DNA of 63,251 bases, filler included. It is 5 parts of 5 records of this genome, joined end to end, with 100 filler letters (N's around TTAATTAATTAA, not from the genome) between each part and the next. Parts side by side here need not be neighbours in the genome. Positions count along the whole stretch, not along the records: positions 22,868 to 38,813 come from SRR20825006_767; 4 more parts are not named here. The stretch is one strand, 5' to 3'. The position numbers and the translations under genes are program-made. Shown piece by piece: positions 27,705-36,947 of this stretch (position 1 is its first letter; each line of letters begins with the position of its first letter). A model generated the notes under the pieces. It worked only from the letters and a program-made list of their open reading frames with translations, was not told the origin of the DNA and did not search any database.

Positions 27705-28867
27705 AAATTCGTATCGGCTATATGCCACTGACAGACAGCTTGCCGCTGGTGGTGGCCCAGGAGGCCGGGTTCTTTGCCGCCGAAGGGCTGGATGTGGAGC
27801 TGCAACCGGAATGGAGCTGGGCCAGCCTGCGCGATCGATTACTGGTGGGGCAACTGGATGCAGCACCCATGTTGGCGCCCATGCTGTTGTCTACGTCCCT
27901 GGGGTTGGGGTGCATCAAGAAACCCCTCGCCACGGCGTTTTCCATGGGCCTGAACGGTAATGGCGTGACCGTTTCGCCGATGCTGTTTCAAGGTTTGTGT
28001 GCGTTGTCGGAAGGCCCCACGCCCAATGACATCGCCGCGGCCATGAACAAGCTGGTGGCGGCCCGTGCCTCCAGTGGGGAAGCCCCGTTGGTACTCGCCG
28101 TGGTCTTTCCGTTTTCCTGCCATGCCTATCAACTGCGTCACTGGTTGAGCGTAGCCGGGCTGGATCCGGATCATGATGTGAAGTTGGTGGTGCTGCCGCC
28201 GTCACAAATGGTGGATCACCTGCGCATGGGCCACATTGATGGTTTCTGTGTGGGCGAACCGTGGAATAGTTTGGCTGCACTGACCGGTGCCGGGCACTGT
28301 ATTTTGTCCGGTTATCAGATTTGGGAAAATGCTCCGGAGAAGGTGCTGGCGGTATCCCGTGACTGGGTGTCACGTCATCCAGATACCCATCGCGCGTTGC
28401 TGCGGGCGCTGTACAAGGCGGCCTGCCATGCGGATGAGAATCTGGTGGAGAGTCTGTCGTTACTGGCCCATCCCGCGTGGCTGGATGTACCGGAAGAAAT
28501 CCTTCGTGCGCCGTTCAGTCAACGCTTGCCCGGCGGCCTGACTGGCCAGCCGTTTCCTGCTCATCACTTTCATGTGTTTGCCGGTTTTCACGCCAACTTC
28601 CCCTGGCGTTCCGATGCCGTTTTTCTGCTGCAGGAAATGCAGCGCTGGCGACAGTGTTCGCTGGAAGAAACGAAAACGTTTGCCGCCCAGTGCTATCGCA
28701 CGGATCTGTTCCGTGATGCCCTGGCTGACTTGACCAGCCTGCCGATTATGGACAGCAAGCCCGCCGAGCGTCATGCAGGCCATTGGCAGCTGCCCGGTGA
28801 GCCGACCCCCTTGGAGCTGGGGCCGGACAGGTTGTTGAAAGTGATCGAAGATCAGGCTGAAAGCTGA
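27701..28867 (+). CDS. nasS: Cytoplasmic nitrate sensor (NrtA-like, no signal peptide)
   Basis: IGYMPLTD..PLVVA, SWASLRD, GFCVGEPW, PEKVL, NFPWRS. Adjacent to nasT. Confidence 0.85.
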   Translation: MKIRIGYMPLTDSLPLVVAQEAGFFAAEGLDVELQPEWSWASLRDRLLVGQLDAAPMLAPMLLSTSLGLGCIKKPLATAFSMGLNGNGVTVSPMLFQGLCALSEGPTPNDIAAAMNKLVAARASSGEAPLVLAVVFPFSCHAYQLRHWLSVAGLDPDHDVKLVVLPPSQMVDHLRMGHIDGFCVGEPWNSLAALTGAGHCILSGYQIWENAPEKVLAVSRDWVSRHPDTHRALLRALYKAACHADENLVESLSLLAHPAWLDVPEEILRAPFSQRLPGGLTGQPFPAHHFHVFAGFHANFPWRSDAVFLLQEMQRWRQCSLEETKTFAAQCYRTDLFRDALADLTSLPIMDSKPAERHAGHWQLPGEPTPLELGPDRLLKVIEDQAES

Positions 28868-28874
28868 GAGGCAC

Positions 28875-28971
28875 GAGAAGCGGGTTTCCAGTTGCGAAAA
28901 CCTTTATGCATTACAGGTTGCAGGTTTTTGAATTTTGAAACTCGTCTCTCGCCGCTCGCCGCTCGCAACTG
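28875..28971. repeat. Intergenic palindromic element with four tandem CTCG-initiated 7-mers
   Basis: GAGAAGCGGGTTTC/GAAACTCGTCTCTC, CAGTTGCGA/TCGCAACTG, and CTCGTCT-CTCGCCG-CTCGCCG-CTCGCAA at 28941-28968. Confidence 0.5.
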
Positions 28972-29038
28972 AGTATTGCGCTCATTGCCATGTAAGCGTT
29001 ACCACGATATCAGTAATGAATAACGTCACACGTGCGCC

Positions 29039-29821
29039 TCAAACGAGAAAATTCACTCCCACGCACAGCAGCAACAGGGCGAACAGCCGTTTCAGCAGCC
29101 GTGGCGACAACCGGTGTGCCAGGCGTGCGCCAAAACGGGCAAAGAACATGCTGGTAAAGGCGACCCCGACCATAGCTGGAAGGTACACGTAACCCAGGCT
29201 CCACTCGGGCAGTTGTGGCTGGTTCCAGCCAATCAGCATGAAACTCAAGGCACTGGCCGCGGCGATGGGCAGTCCGCAAGCCGACGAGGTGGCCACCGCT
29301 TGTTGCATGGGCAGGCTGCGCCAGGTGAGAAAGGGCACATTCAGAGTGCCGCCGCCGATGCCAAAGATCGCCGAGGCCCAGCCAATGACCCCGCCAGCGG
29401 CGGTCAGTCCCAGCTTGCCAGGCACGGCGCGGCTGCCTTTGGGTTTCAGGTCGAACGCCATTTGAATGGCAATAACGATGGCAAATACGCCAATGATCTT
29501 CTGAAGCATCGGCCCCTGAATTGACGCAGCCGTCAGTGAGCCAAGCCCCGCTCCAAGCAGTATGCCTATTGTCATCCAGGTGAAAATGGGCCATTGCACC
29601 GCGCCTTTGCGATGATGCTCCATCACCGAATTGATGGAGGTGAAGATGATAGTGGCCAGTGAGGTGCCAACGGCGAGATGCGTCAATACTTGTGGATCAA
29701 CGCCCTGGGCGGTAAAGCTCAGAACCAGTACCGGTACGATGATGATGCCGCCGCCGACCCCAAACAGACCCGCCAATACCCCGGCCGCCGCACCCAGAAT
29801 CAAATAAAGCAAAAATTCCAT
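29039..29821 (-). CDS. TauE/SafE (TSUP) family transporter
   Basis: AGLFGVGGG.IIVP, AVGTSLA, FGIGGG..VP. Confidence 0.9.
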   Translation of the reverse strand: MEFLLYLILGAAAGVLAGLFGVGGGIIIVPVLVLSFTAQGVDPQVLTHLAVGTSLATIIFTSINSVMEHHRKGAVQWPIFTWMTIGILLGAGLGSLTAASIQGPMLQKIIGVFAIVIAIQMAFDLKPKGSRAVPGKLGLTAAGGVIGWASAIFGIGGGTLNVPFLTWRSLPMQQAVATSSACGLPIAAASALSFMLIGWNQPQLPEWSLGYVYLPAMVGVAFTSMFFARFGARLAHRLSPRLLKRLFALLLLCVGVNFLV

Positions 29822-29893
29822 GTTAAACCCTTGGAAAAGCCGCACAGGTTGGCGGCGTGATGACAGAAAGAACGAATCGGAAGTGAGGGGGGC

Positions 29894-30403
29894 TCAGGGG
29901 CTGAACGTCGCATCCAGATTGCAGTATTGCCCTTTGAAATACAGGAGCGGCTGTGTGGTTGCCGCTTGCTGCAGACTCAGTGCCCGCACTTCACCAATCA
30001 CGATCAGGTGATCGCCGGCTTCATGTTCGGCGTGAATGTCACAGTCGAGCCAGTGCAGGCTGCCGCCAATCAACGGGTTGCCCAGGGGAGAGGTGTTCCA
30101 GTCGATTTCTTTCCACTTGTCTGCGCCCTGTTGCGCAAAGAGGTTGGATACCGCCTTCTGTTCATCCGAGAGGATGTTCACCGCAAACCGGCCCGCCCGA
30201 CGGATCTTGGGGTAGCTGAAAGAATCTCGCTTCACACTGAATGACACCAACGGTGGGGTTGTCGATACGCTGTAGAACGATTGACAGGTAAAGCCAATGG
30301 GCTCGTCATCGATGTGCGACGTAATCACGGTGAGTCCGGAGGCGAAATGGCTGAGCGCTTTGCGAAAATGCAGAGGGTCGATGGCCGTGGTGGTCAGTGA
30401 CAT
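29894..30403 (-). CDS. Flavin reductase-family protein
   Basis: FRKALSHFASG.TVIT, SF.SVS..PPLV, FAVNIL, AGDH.I.IGEV. Confidence 0.92.
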   Translation of the reverse strand: MSLTTTAIDPLHFRKALSHFASGLTVITSHIDDEPIGFTCQSFYSVSTTPPLVSFSVKRDSFSYPKIRRAGRFAVNILSDEQKAVSNLFAQQGADKWKEIDWNTSPLGNPLIGGSLHWLDCDIHAEHEAGDHLIVIGEVRALSLQQAATTQPLLYFKGQYCNLDATFSP

Positions 30404-30486
30404 AGTGATTCCAGAATAGGGCGTAACGCAAACGGGTGGCTCAGGGAAGAGGCGGCGCGGTCGGGCGCTCGCTCTTCCCACAGGAT

Positions 30487-31515
30487 TCAGGCAAGTTCAT
30501 TGCGCACGATTTCGGCACCGGCACTCAATGCCCGCAGCTTGCCTCTGGCAACCTGGCGAGGCAGAGGCGCCATGCCGCAGTTGGTGCACGGGTACAGCTT
30601 GTCGGCATCCACAAACTGCAGCGCCTGGCGCAAGGTGTTGGCCACTTCCTCGGGGCTTTCAACGGTCTGGGTCGCCACATCAATGGCGCCCACCATCACT
30701 TTCTTGCCGCGAATCAACTCAATCAGATCCATAGGGACGTGGGAGTTGTGGCACTCCAGGGACACCATGTCGATGCTTGAGGCCTGCAGCCTGGGGAAGG
30801 CTTCTTCATATTGTCGCCACTCGGAGCCCAGCGTTTTTTTCCAGTCGGTATTGGCTTTGATGCCGTAGCCATAACAGATATGCACGGCGGTCTCACACTT
30901 GAGCCCTTCAATGGCTTTTTCCAGTGTGGCCACGCCCCAGTCATTCACTTCATCAAAAAATACATTAAAGGCCGGCTCGTCGAACTGAATGATGTCAACG
31001 CCTGCCGCCTCCAGTTCCCTGGCTTCCTGATTGAGTATTTTAGCGAATTCCCAGGCCAGCTTTTCCCGGCTTTTGTAATGGGCATCGTAAAGCGTATCGA
31101 TCATGGTCATGGGGCCGGGCAGGGCCCATTTGATCGGTTGTTGTGTTTGCTCACGCAGAAAGCGGGCATTGTCCACAAACACCGGTTTCTGGCGGCTAAC
31201 CGCCCCCACGACTGTGGGGACACTGGCATCGTAACGGTCGCGAATCTTCACCGTCTCGCGTTTCTCGAAATCCACTCCGTCCAGGTGCTCGATAAAGGTG
31301 GTCACGAAGTGCTGGCGGGTTTGTTCACCATCGCTGACGATATCGATGCCGGCCAGTTGCTGCTCATGCAAGCTCAGGCGCAGGGCGTCCTGTTTGCCTT
31401 CAATGAGAGCCTCGCCCTGCAACTTCCAGGGGGACCAGAGCGTTTCGGGTTCGGCCAGCCAGGAAGGCTTGGGCAAACTGCCCGCCGTGGATGTGGGTAA
31501 CAATCGTTTCATCAT
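30487..31515 (-). CDS. mesD: Core (folate-independent) cobalamin-independent methionine synthase, MesD type
   Basis: Single-barrel MetE catalytic domain (AGSLPKP, DGEQ.R, QFDEP, HICYG, NCG), preceded by a DUF1852 gene. Confidence 0.88.
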   Translation of the reverse strand: MMKRLLPTSTAGSLPKPSWLAEPETLWSPWKLQGEALIEGKQDALRLSLHEQQLAGIDIVSDGEQTRQHFVTTFIEHLDGVDFEKRETVKIRDRYDASVPTVVGAVSRQKPVFVDNARFLREQTQQPIKWALPGPMTMIDTLYDAHYKSREKLAWEFAKILNQEARELEAAGVDIIQFDEPAFNVFFDEVNDWGVATLEKAIEGLKCETAVHICYGYGIKANTDWKKTLGSEWRQYEEAFPRLQASSIDMVSLECHNSHVPMDLIELIRGKKVMVGAIDVATQTVESPEEVANTLRQALQFVDADKLYPCTNCGMAPLPRQVARGKLRALSAGAEIVRNELA

Positions 31516-31534
31516 CTGTACTGCCGTGTATGAG

Positions 31535-32512
31535 TTAAATGCCGTAATTCGCGGACCACTGATTCAGCACCGTTCGGTAAGGCTCGATCAGGTTTTCCTC
31601 AGTGAATTTTCCTTGCTTGACGGCCAATTGACTGCGTTCTTCCCGGTCATAGTGAATGCGGGTAAGGGAGTAGTCCGAGTGCTTCAGGCTGGGCTGGTAG
31701 CGATTGCCGGCTTCGGAATTGGCGTTGTAAATCTCGGGCCGATAGATTCTCTGGAACGTTTCCATGGTGCTGATGGTGCTGATCAGCTCCAGGTTGGTGT
31801 AATCGTTCACCAGGTCGCCAAAGAAGAAAAAGGCCAGCGGCGCCACGCTGTGGGGCGGCATGAAATAGCGCACGCTCAACCCCATTTTCTTGAAGTAACT
31901 CTCAGTCAGTGACGATTCATTGGGCAGGTACTCAAACCCCAAAACGGGGTGATGATTCTCGGTGCGGGTGTACACCTTGTTATCCGATACGCTGATACAG
32001 ATCACCGGCAATTTGCTGAAGTTTTCCTGGTAAGCGCTTGAGTTAACGAAATGTTTGAACAGCTTGCCGTGCAGATCGCCGAAATTTTCAGGGATGCTGA
32101 AGTGCGGCTGGTCCTTGTTATGGTTCTGCAGGGCGATGCTGAAGTCATAGTCCCGCAGGTAAGAGGAAAAATTGTTCCCGACCACCCCTTCGATATGCTT
32201 GTTGGTGTGCCGGTCAAAGATACGGGTTTTCAGTATTTCAATGGTCGGGAAGGTTTCGCCCTTGCCTTCGATGTCGATATCCACCGACACAATGTCGTGT
32301 TGCACGGTGTATCGGTCGCCGTTGGGGTTGTCCCAATGTGCCAGCGCGTTGAACCGGTTGTTGATCATCGTCAGGGTGTCGCGCAGGTTTTCCCGGCGTC
32401 GCTCACCCCGGGCCAGGTTGGCAAAGTTGGTGGTAATGCGCGTGTTGTCGGATGGACGGTAATCCTCGTCGAAACTAATGCGCTTGATGCTGAAAGTGAA
32501 TTCGTTGCTCAT
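31535..32512 (-). CDS. mesX: DUF1852 protein, MesD partner
   Basis: TRITTNFANLARG, GNNFSSY.RDYDFS, METFQ.IYRPEIYNANS. Confidence 0.88.
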   Translation of the reverse strand: MSNEFTFSIKRISFDEDYRPSDNTRITTNFANLARGERRRENLRDTLTMINNRFNALAHWDNPNGDRYTVQHDIVSVDIDIEGKGETFPTIEILKTRIFDRHTNKHIEGVVGNNFSSYLRDYDFSIALQNHNKDQPHFSIPENFGDLHGKLFKHFVNSSAYQENFSKLPVICISVSDNKVYTRTENHHPVLGFEYLPNESSLTESYFKKMGLSVRYFMPPHSVAPLAFFFFGDLVNDYTNLELISTISTMETFQRIYRPEIYNANSEAGNRYQPSLKHSDYSLTRIHYDREERSQLAVKQGKFTEENLIEPYRTVLNQWSANYGI

Positions 32513-32641
32513 GATGACAGGGCGTCCGCGTCAGTATTGGGCATGGCTTGCATCGCAGTGCGTGTACCGCAATGCAACCTGATTGGTGGCCATTATGCCC
32601 AAGGCGCGACTTGAATTTAATTGGTATTATTTCAACATTTC

Positions 32642-32656
32642 ATGAGATATCCTCAT
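32642..32656. promoter_or_regulatory. MetR box
   Basis: ATGAG-ATATC-CTCAT palindrome (TGAR-N5-YTCA) between the divergent mesX and metR. Confidence 0.65.
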
Positions 32657-32808
32657 CTTGGCGTTATCCCTGAAACGCGCAACCTGACTGTCGGGGTGCG
32701 TAACACCGGGTGGGTGCGAGGTTTGCGGCGTTGCAATGCGAGAGCTTGTTGCAGGGGCGCACGGCGATGTAACCCCCCGTCTCACAATGGAACATGTTGG
32801 AGGATCAG

Positions 32809-33726
32809 ATGCTGGAATTACGACATCTTGCCACCCTGCTGGCGATGGATGAGGCGGGCTCAATGGTGGACGCGGCAGATCGGCTGCATGTCACCCAGTC
32901 AGCCTTATCGCACCAGCTGAAAGATCTGGAGCATCGCCTGGGCATGGAATTGGTCGTGCGGCGCTCCCGTCCGGTGCGCTTTACCACCGCCGGGTTGCGA
33001 TTGCTGGCGTTGGGGCGGGAGATTCTTCCCCGGGTGCAGCAGACGGAGAGGGAGCTGAAGCGCCTGGCCGCCGGGCAGACCGGGCGGCTGCATATCGCCA
33101 TTGAGTGCCATTCTTGTTTTCAGTGGCTGATGCCGGCCCTGGACGCGTTTCGGGAACACTGGCCGGAAGTGGAGCTGGATCTGTCTGCGGCTTTCAGTTT
33201 TGCCCCGTTGCCGGCGTTGGTGCGCGGGGACCTGGACATGGTGATCAGTTCCGACCCGGTGGAAAATGAGGCTGTACTTTATGTACCGCTGTTTCGCTAC
33301 GAGCTGGTGCTGGCGGTGTCACGGCAGTCGCCGCTGGCGGCGCAGAAGTGGATTCTTCCGGAAGACTTCGCCGATCAGACCTTGATTACCTACCCGGTGG
33401 AGCGGCAACGACTGGATGTGTTCACCGCCTTTCTGGATCCGGCCGGCGCCGAACCTGCTGCTATCCGCACCGCCGAGCTGACCCCGATGACCGCACAACT
33501 GGTGGCGGCAGGCCGGGGTGTGGCAGCGCTGCCGAACTGGGCGCTAACGGAATACACCGAGCATGACTTGCTGAAAACCGTGCGGCTCGGAGAAAAGGGG
33601 GTGTGGCGCACGCTCTATGCGGCGGTGCGAGCTGAGGACGAACAGACGCCTTATGTGCAGGAGTTTCTCGGTACCGCCCGTGACCTGTCCTTCAAGACCT
33701 TGAGTGGCATCAGGGCGGTGCGTTAG
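32809..33726 (+). CDS. metR: LysR regulator MetR
   Basis: LELRHL, TQSALSHQ, GRLHIAIECHSCFQWLMP, ITYPV...RLD.F. Confidence 0.92.
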   Translation: MLELRHLATLLAMDEAGSMVDAADRLHVTQSALSHQLKDLEHRLGMELVVRRSRPVRFTTAGLRLLALGREILPRVQQTERELKRLAAGQTGRLHIAIECHSCFQWLMPALDAFREHWPEVELDLSAAFSFAPLPALVRGDLDMVISSDPVENEAVLYVPLFRYELVLAVSRQSPLAAQKWILPEDFADQTLITYPVERQRLDVFTAFLDPAGAEPAAIRTAELTPMTAQLVAAGRGVAALPNWALTEYTEHDLLKTVRLGEKGVWRTLYAAVRAEDEQTPYVQEFLGTARDLSFKTLSGIRAVR

Positions 33727-33768
33727 GGAGCCGTAGGCTTTATGCGTCTGGTGTCCAGCGTGACACCG

Positions 33769-34233
33769 CTATTCCCCATCCCTGAACTGGATCTGCAAGC
33801 CTTTGAGAAAGTTGCGCAGAATCTGGTCCTTGCACTCGCGATAGTGCTTGTGGCCGGGTTTGCGGAAGAAGGCGCTGAGTTCGTGTTTGCTCATGCGGAA
33901 GTTGGCCAGCTCGAGCACCGCCAGCACGTCTTCGGCCTGCAGGTTCAGGGCGATCTTCAGTTTCATGAAAATCATGTTGTTGGTGAGGCGGCTTTCCGGT
34001 TCCGGTTGTTGCCCGGGTTTCTTGCCGCGCAGTGCATTGATCAGGCCGTTGAGAAAAATCGCCAGGGTGCGATCGGTACATTTTTGAAAGGCCGGGTCGT
34101 CGTCCTTTTTCAGCCAGTCGCTGACCTGTTCCCGGGTGACGGTTTCGCCGGCTTCGGCGAAAACGCCGATCATGCGAGTGTCGTCGAAATCGAAGATGTA
34201 CCGGGTGCGGCGAAGGACGTCGTTATTGAGCAT
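33769..34233 (-). CDS. DUF1456 (YehS-like) protein
   Basis: NNDVLRR.RY, NN.IF.KLKIALNL, ELSAFFRK..H.HYR.CKDQ.LRNFL.G. Confidence 0.85.
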   Translation of the reverse strand: MLNNDVLRRTRYIFDFDDTRMIGVFAEAGETVTREQVSDWLKKDDDPAFQKCTDRTLAIFLNGLINALRGKKPGQQPEPESRLTNNMIFMKLKIALNLQAEDVLAVLELANFRMSKHELSAFFRKPGHKHYRECKDQILRNFLKGLQIQFRDGE

Positions 34234-34337
34234 GCGGGACCTGTGGTGAGGGAAACGGAGGGGCGTGACCGCCATGATTCACGGGTAATAGTACAGGGAA
34301 CCGGTGGCGGGAACACGCCTGCATATCCGTCGACGTT

Positions 34338-34655
34338 TCAGGGGGTGAAGATTTTTAGCCCTACTATGCCGGCCAGAATCAGCCCGAGACAGAGTAACCG
34401 TGGGGCGTTAACCGCATCCTGGAACAGCACAATACCCAACAGCACAGTGCCGATGGTGCCGATGCCAGTCCACACTGCGTAGGCGGTGCCCACGGGCAAG
34501 GTCTGCATGGCTTTGGCCAATAGCCAGAAGCTGGCGACCATGCCGATGAGGGTCAGTAGTGAGGGAAGCGGGCGGGTAAAGCCGTGGCTGGCTTTCAGCC
34601 CCAATGCCCAGCCGGTTTCAATAATGCCTGCAAGAATAACCAGGGCCCATGCCAT
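34338..34655 (-). CDS. gdx: SMR guanidinium exporter Gdx (SugE)
   Basis: MAW..LAG..E.GWA.GLK.S.GF, LPVGTAYAVWTGIG. Riboswitch upstream. Confidence 0.92.
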   Translation of the reverse strand: MAWALVILAGIIETGWALGLKASHGFTRPLPSLLTLIGMVASFWLLAKAMQTLPVGTAYAVWTGIGTIGTVLLGIVLFQDAVNAPRLLCLGLILAGIVGLKIFTP

Positions 34656-34672
34656 GACGTGTCTCCTGTCAT

Positions 34673-34732
34673 GGGGCCGTCCCCGTTATGTGGTTGATGC
34701 GATGGAGGTGCCTGCCGGGTCGTCCACGGCAG
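34673..34732 (-). ncRNA. Guanidine-II (mini-ykkC) riboswitch
   Basis: Minus strand: CTGCCGTGG-ACGA-CCCGGCAG, a 27-nt linker, GGGG-ACGG-CCCC, then the AGGAG RBS of gdx. Confidence 0.9.
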
Positions 34733-34770
34733 ACGTTGGTCTTCAGTATAGCTCAGACTGGTTGGCTGAA

Positions 34771-35361
34771 TCACGGTTCCTGAGAGGCGAGAATTTTCTC
34801 AATACGCTCGGGATCACGGCAAAGCGTGAGCAGGGAGTCCTGGAAGGGTCGCCGTGCTTCCTCATTGAAATGTTGCTGTATCCACTGCGTGAGCTGTTGT
34901 TGGTAATGGAAGTACGGGCAGTCTTCCACTGGTGTGGTTTCTATATGTGAGAACAGCGGTACGGTGATTTCCCGGTGCTGTTCACCGGTTGGGGGGGCGA
35001 TGGTGCGCGTTTCGGCCACGGCGTCGGGGTAGTCCGGGTGGCTGATTGTCCACTTGTCCGAGGCCAGATAGCTGGCCGGCATGGCCATATGGAAACCGAT
35101 GTGGGAGCTGCCGTGCAGGGTAAATTCCCCGTGCGCATTGCTGGTGGCAGTGCGCGGCGGCTCAGGGGCATCGGGGGAGGCAATCAGGCTGATGGTGGCA
35201 CCGCTGATCGGGGCGCCGGTGTCGCCATCGATTACCGTGCCGCTCACGGGTTGGGCGTCCCACAGACGCTGGACAGTGGGAATGCAGCCGGTCAGTAGCA
35301 GGGCAAGCGCAGCGCCTGCCAGTGGGTAGGCGAGTGCCTTCTTTGTGGATGACCTGATCAT
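34771..35361 (-). CDS. Lipoprotein with carboxypeptidase-regulatory-like domain
   Basis: Lipobox LTGC, SGTVID.DTGAPI.GATI. Confidence 0.7.
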   Translation of the reverse strand: MIRSSTKKALAYPLAGAALALLLTGCIPTVQRLWDAQPVSGTVIDGDTGAPISGATISLIASPDAPEPPRTATSNAHGEFTLHGSSHIGFHMAMPASYLASDKWTISHPDYPDAVAETRTIAPPTGEQHREITVPLFSHIETTPVEDCPYFHYQQQLTQWIQQHFNEEARRPFQDSLLTLCRDPERIEKILASQEP

Positions 35362-35981
35362 GACACGGTCTCTATCAGACTGGAGAGAAAGGTATCCGTT
35401 TGCTCTGGAAAATAACCGCTGGCCAGGCCGAGCAAAATGAGCGCCCACAGGCTGATGCCCAGCAAGATCCAGATACCGTTGGCGAGGGTTAGTCGGTTAT
35501 TGAGCAGGCCGTGCTCATCCCCCTGGGACAGGTTGATGGCTTTTTGAGCCTTGAACAGGACGGCCCAGGTGACCGGGAGAAGCGCCAGTGAAATCAGATC
35601 CAGAATGCCAAAGGTTTCCATACTGGCGGCGGCCCGGTCAGACACGGTACTGATCAGGTAGGAGAGGACATACAGGGTCGCCATGATGGTGACCGGTAAG
35701 GGTTTTGTCGTGCCCTTGCTTTCGTTATTGATGGTTTTCATCAGCGAGGCAAAGAAAAATACGCTGAACAGGGCACGTGCTACGGGCTGCACTTTTTTCT
35801 GCCGGATGTCTTTCTGGTTCTGCCAGTTTCTGAAATTCCAGTAGACGTCATAGATGCCCAGGGTCGCCCAGAAAAGCAGATTGAATTTCCAGGGAGCGAT
35901 CACATAGAGCGCCACGCCTGGCCGATCTGATTCCGGTGCGATGATCTCGCTGGCCGGAGCCTGGTAGAGGTTGGATTCCAT
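35358..35981 (-). CDS. Hypothetical membrane protein (DUF4234-like)
   Basis: N.YQAP.S, TLGIY.VYW, several TM segments. ATGA overlap with the next gene. Confidence 0.7.
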   Translation of the reverse strand: MESNLYQAPASEIIAPESDRPGVALYVIAPWKFNLLFWATLGIYDVYWNFRNWQNQKDIRQKKVQPVARALFSVFFFASLMKTINNESKGTTKPLPVTIMATLYVLSYLISTVSDRAAASMETFGILDLISLALLPVTWAVLFKAQKAINLSQGDEHGLLNNRLTLANGIWILLGISLWALILLGLASGYFPEQTDTFLSSLIETVS

Positions 35982-36037
35982 TGCTGTCCCCCGTGTTCGT
36001 GCTTGCCGATTGTATTTTTGGATAATGATGGCGGTGA

Positions 36038-36505
36038 TTACGGCCAGCTTTTGTAGGGTGTGGTGCTTAGCGCACTGTTATAATAGCGGCTGTCGCCGGT
36101 AACTTCTTCTCCCAGCCAGGCGGGTCTGTCAAAGGCGGTCGCTTCGCTGGGTAGTTCGATTTCTGCCACGATCAGTCCGTCGTTGTCACCGTGAAACACA
36201 TCAATTTCCCAGCACAGATCGCCTTGTGGCAACCGGTAGCGGGTTTTATCAATGACACCGGCCCCACACAGCTCGGTGAGCATCTGCCGCGCGTCTGCCA
36301 CCGGAATGGGGTATTCGAACTCACTACGGGTGGCGCCCACGGTTTTGCCCTTGATGGTTAACCAGGCAGTGTCGCCGGTGGTGCGCACTCGCACGGTGGC
36401 GTTCTTGTCATGGCTCAGGTAGCCCTGGGTAAGTCGCTCCCCGGGCAGGGTGTTGATAATGGTCAAGTCATTGACCTGAAACTTGCGTTCAATTTCCGTT
36501 GCCAT
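36038..36505 (-). CDS. CYTH-domain protein (triphosphate tunnel metalloenzyme)
   Basis: EIERKF, QGYL, VRVR, LTIKG, EFEY.IP, WEIDVF, AEIEL. Confidence 0.92.
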   Translation of the reverse strand: MATEIERKFQVNDLTIINTLPGERLTQGYLSHDKNATVRVRTTGDTAWLTIKGKTVGATRSEFEYPIPVADARQMLTELCGAGVIDKTRYRLPQGDLCWEIDVFHGDNDGLIVAEIELPSEATAFDRPAWLGEEVTGDSRYYNSALSTTPYKSWP

Positions 36506-36947
36506 GGCTGCCGTCGATTCCCAGTTGGTCAAAGCTGATATCAAAACCCAGTGCTTGATAGCCGTTGATGATGTCGGCAGGCAGATAAAACGCCGGGTCG
36601 TCCATAAAGAAGTACTGTGACACACCGATGCCGTAACGGTAATGCGTTTCCCACACGCTGTTCTCCGGTTCGGGATTATCGGCGTCGGGGTTATCCAGCG
36701 CAGAAAGTCGGGGCGCCAGGCGCTGCAGCTTGTAGAGCAGCTTTTCAAAATGATCCCGGTGGCTGGCGGTATGGTCCAGCTGGCTGGAGAGAATCCAGCG
36801 ATTTTCCTTGCGCAGTGCCTCGGGGGCGGCATCGCTGTAGTTCTCGCCTTCGCGCCAGTAATCGTCCGCATTCTGGCCCAGTAACAGGTCCAGTTGTTGC
36901 GGGTCGTGGTCGAAGCCGAACACGGCAAAATAGACGTGATGTTCCAT
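36489..36947 (-). CDS. Hypothetical protein (DUF4279-like)
   Basis: 152-aa ORF overlapping both neighbours in operon fashion. Confidence 0.6.
   Translation of the reverse strand: MEHHVYFAVFGFDHDPQQLDLLLGQNADDYWREGENYSDAAPEALRKENRWILSSQLDHTASHRDHFEKLLYKLQRLAPRLSALDNPDADNPEPENSVWETHYRYGIGVSQYFFMDDPAFYLPADIINGYQALGFDISFDQLGIDGSHGNGN

Noticed and set aside
32513-32808. SAH or SAM riboswitch between mesX and metR
   Set aside because: No recognisable conserved core by eye. Only the MetR box is supported.
36506-36928. N-terminal extension of the CYTH ORF in the supplied track
   Set aside because: It overlaps the DUF4279-like gene in another frame. The CYTH domain starts at MATEIERKF (36505).
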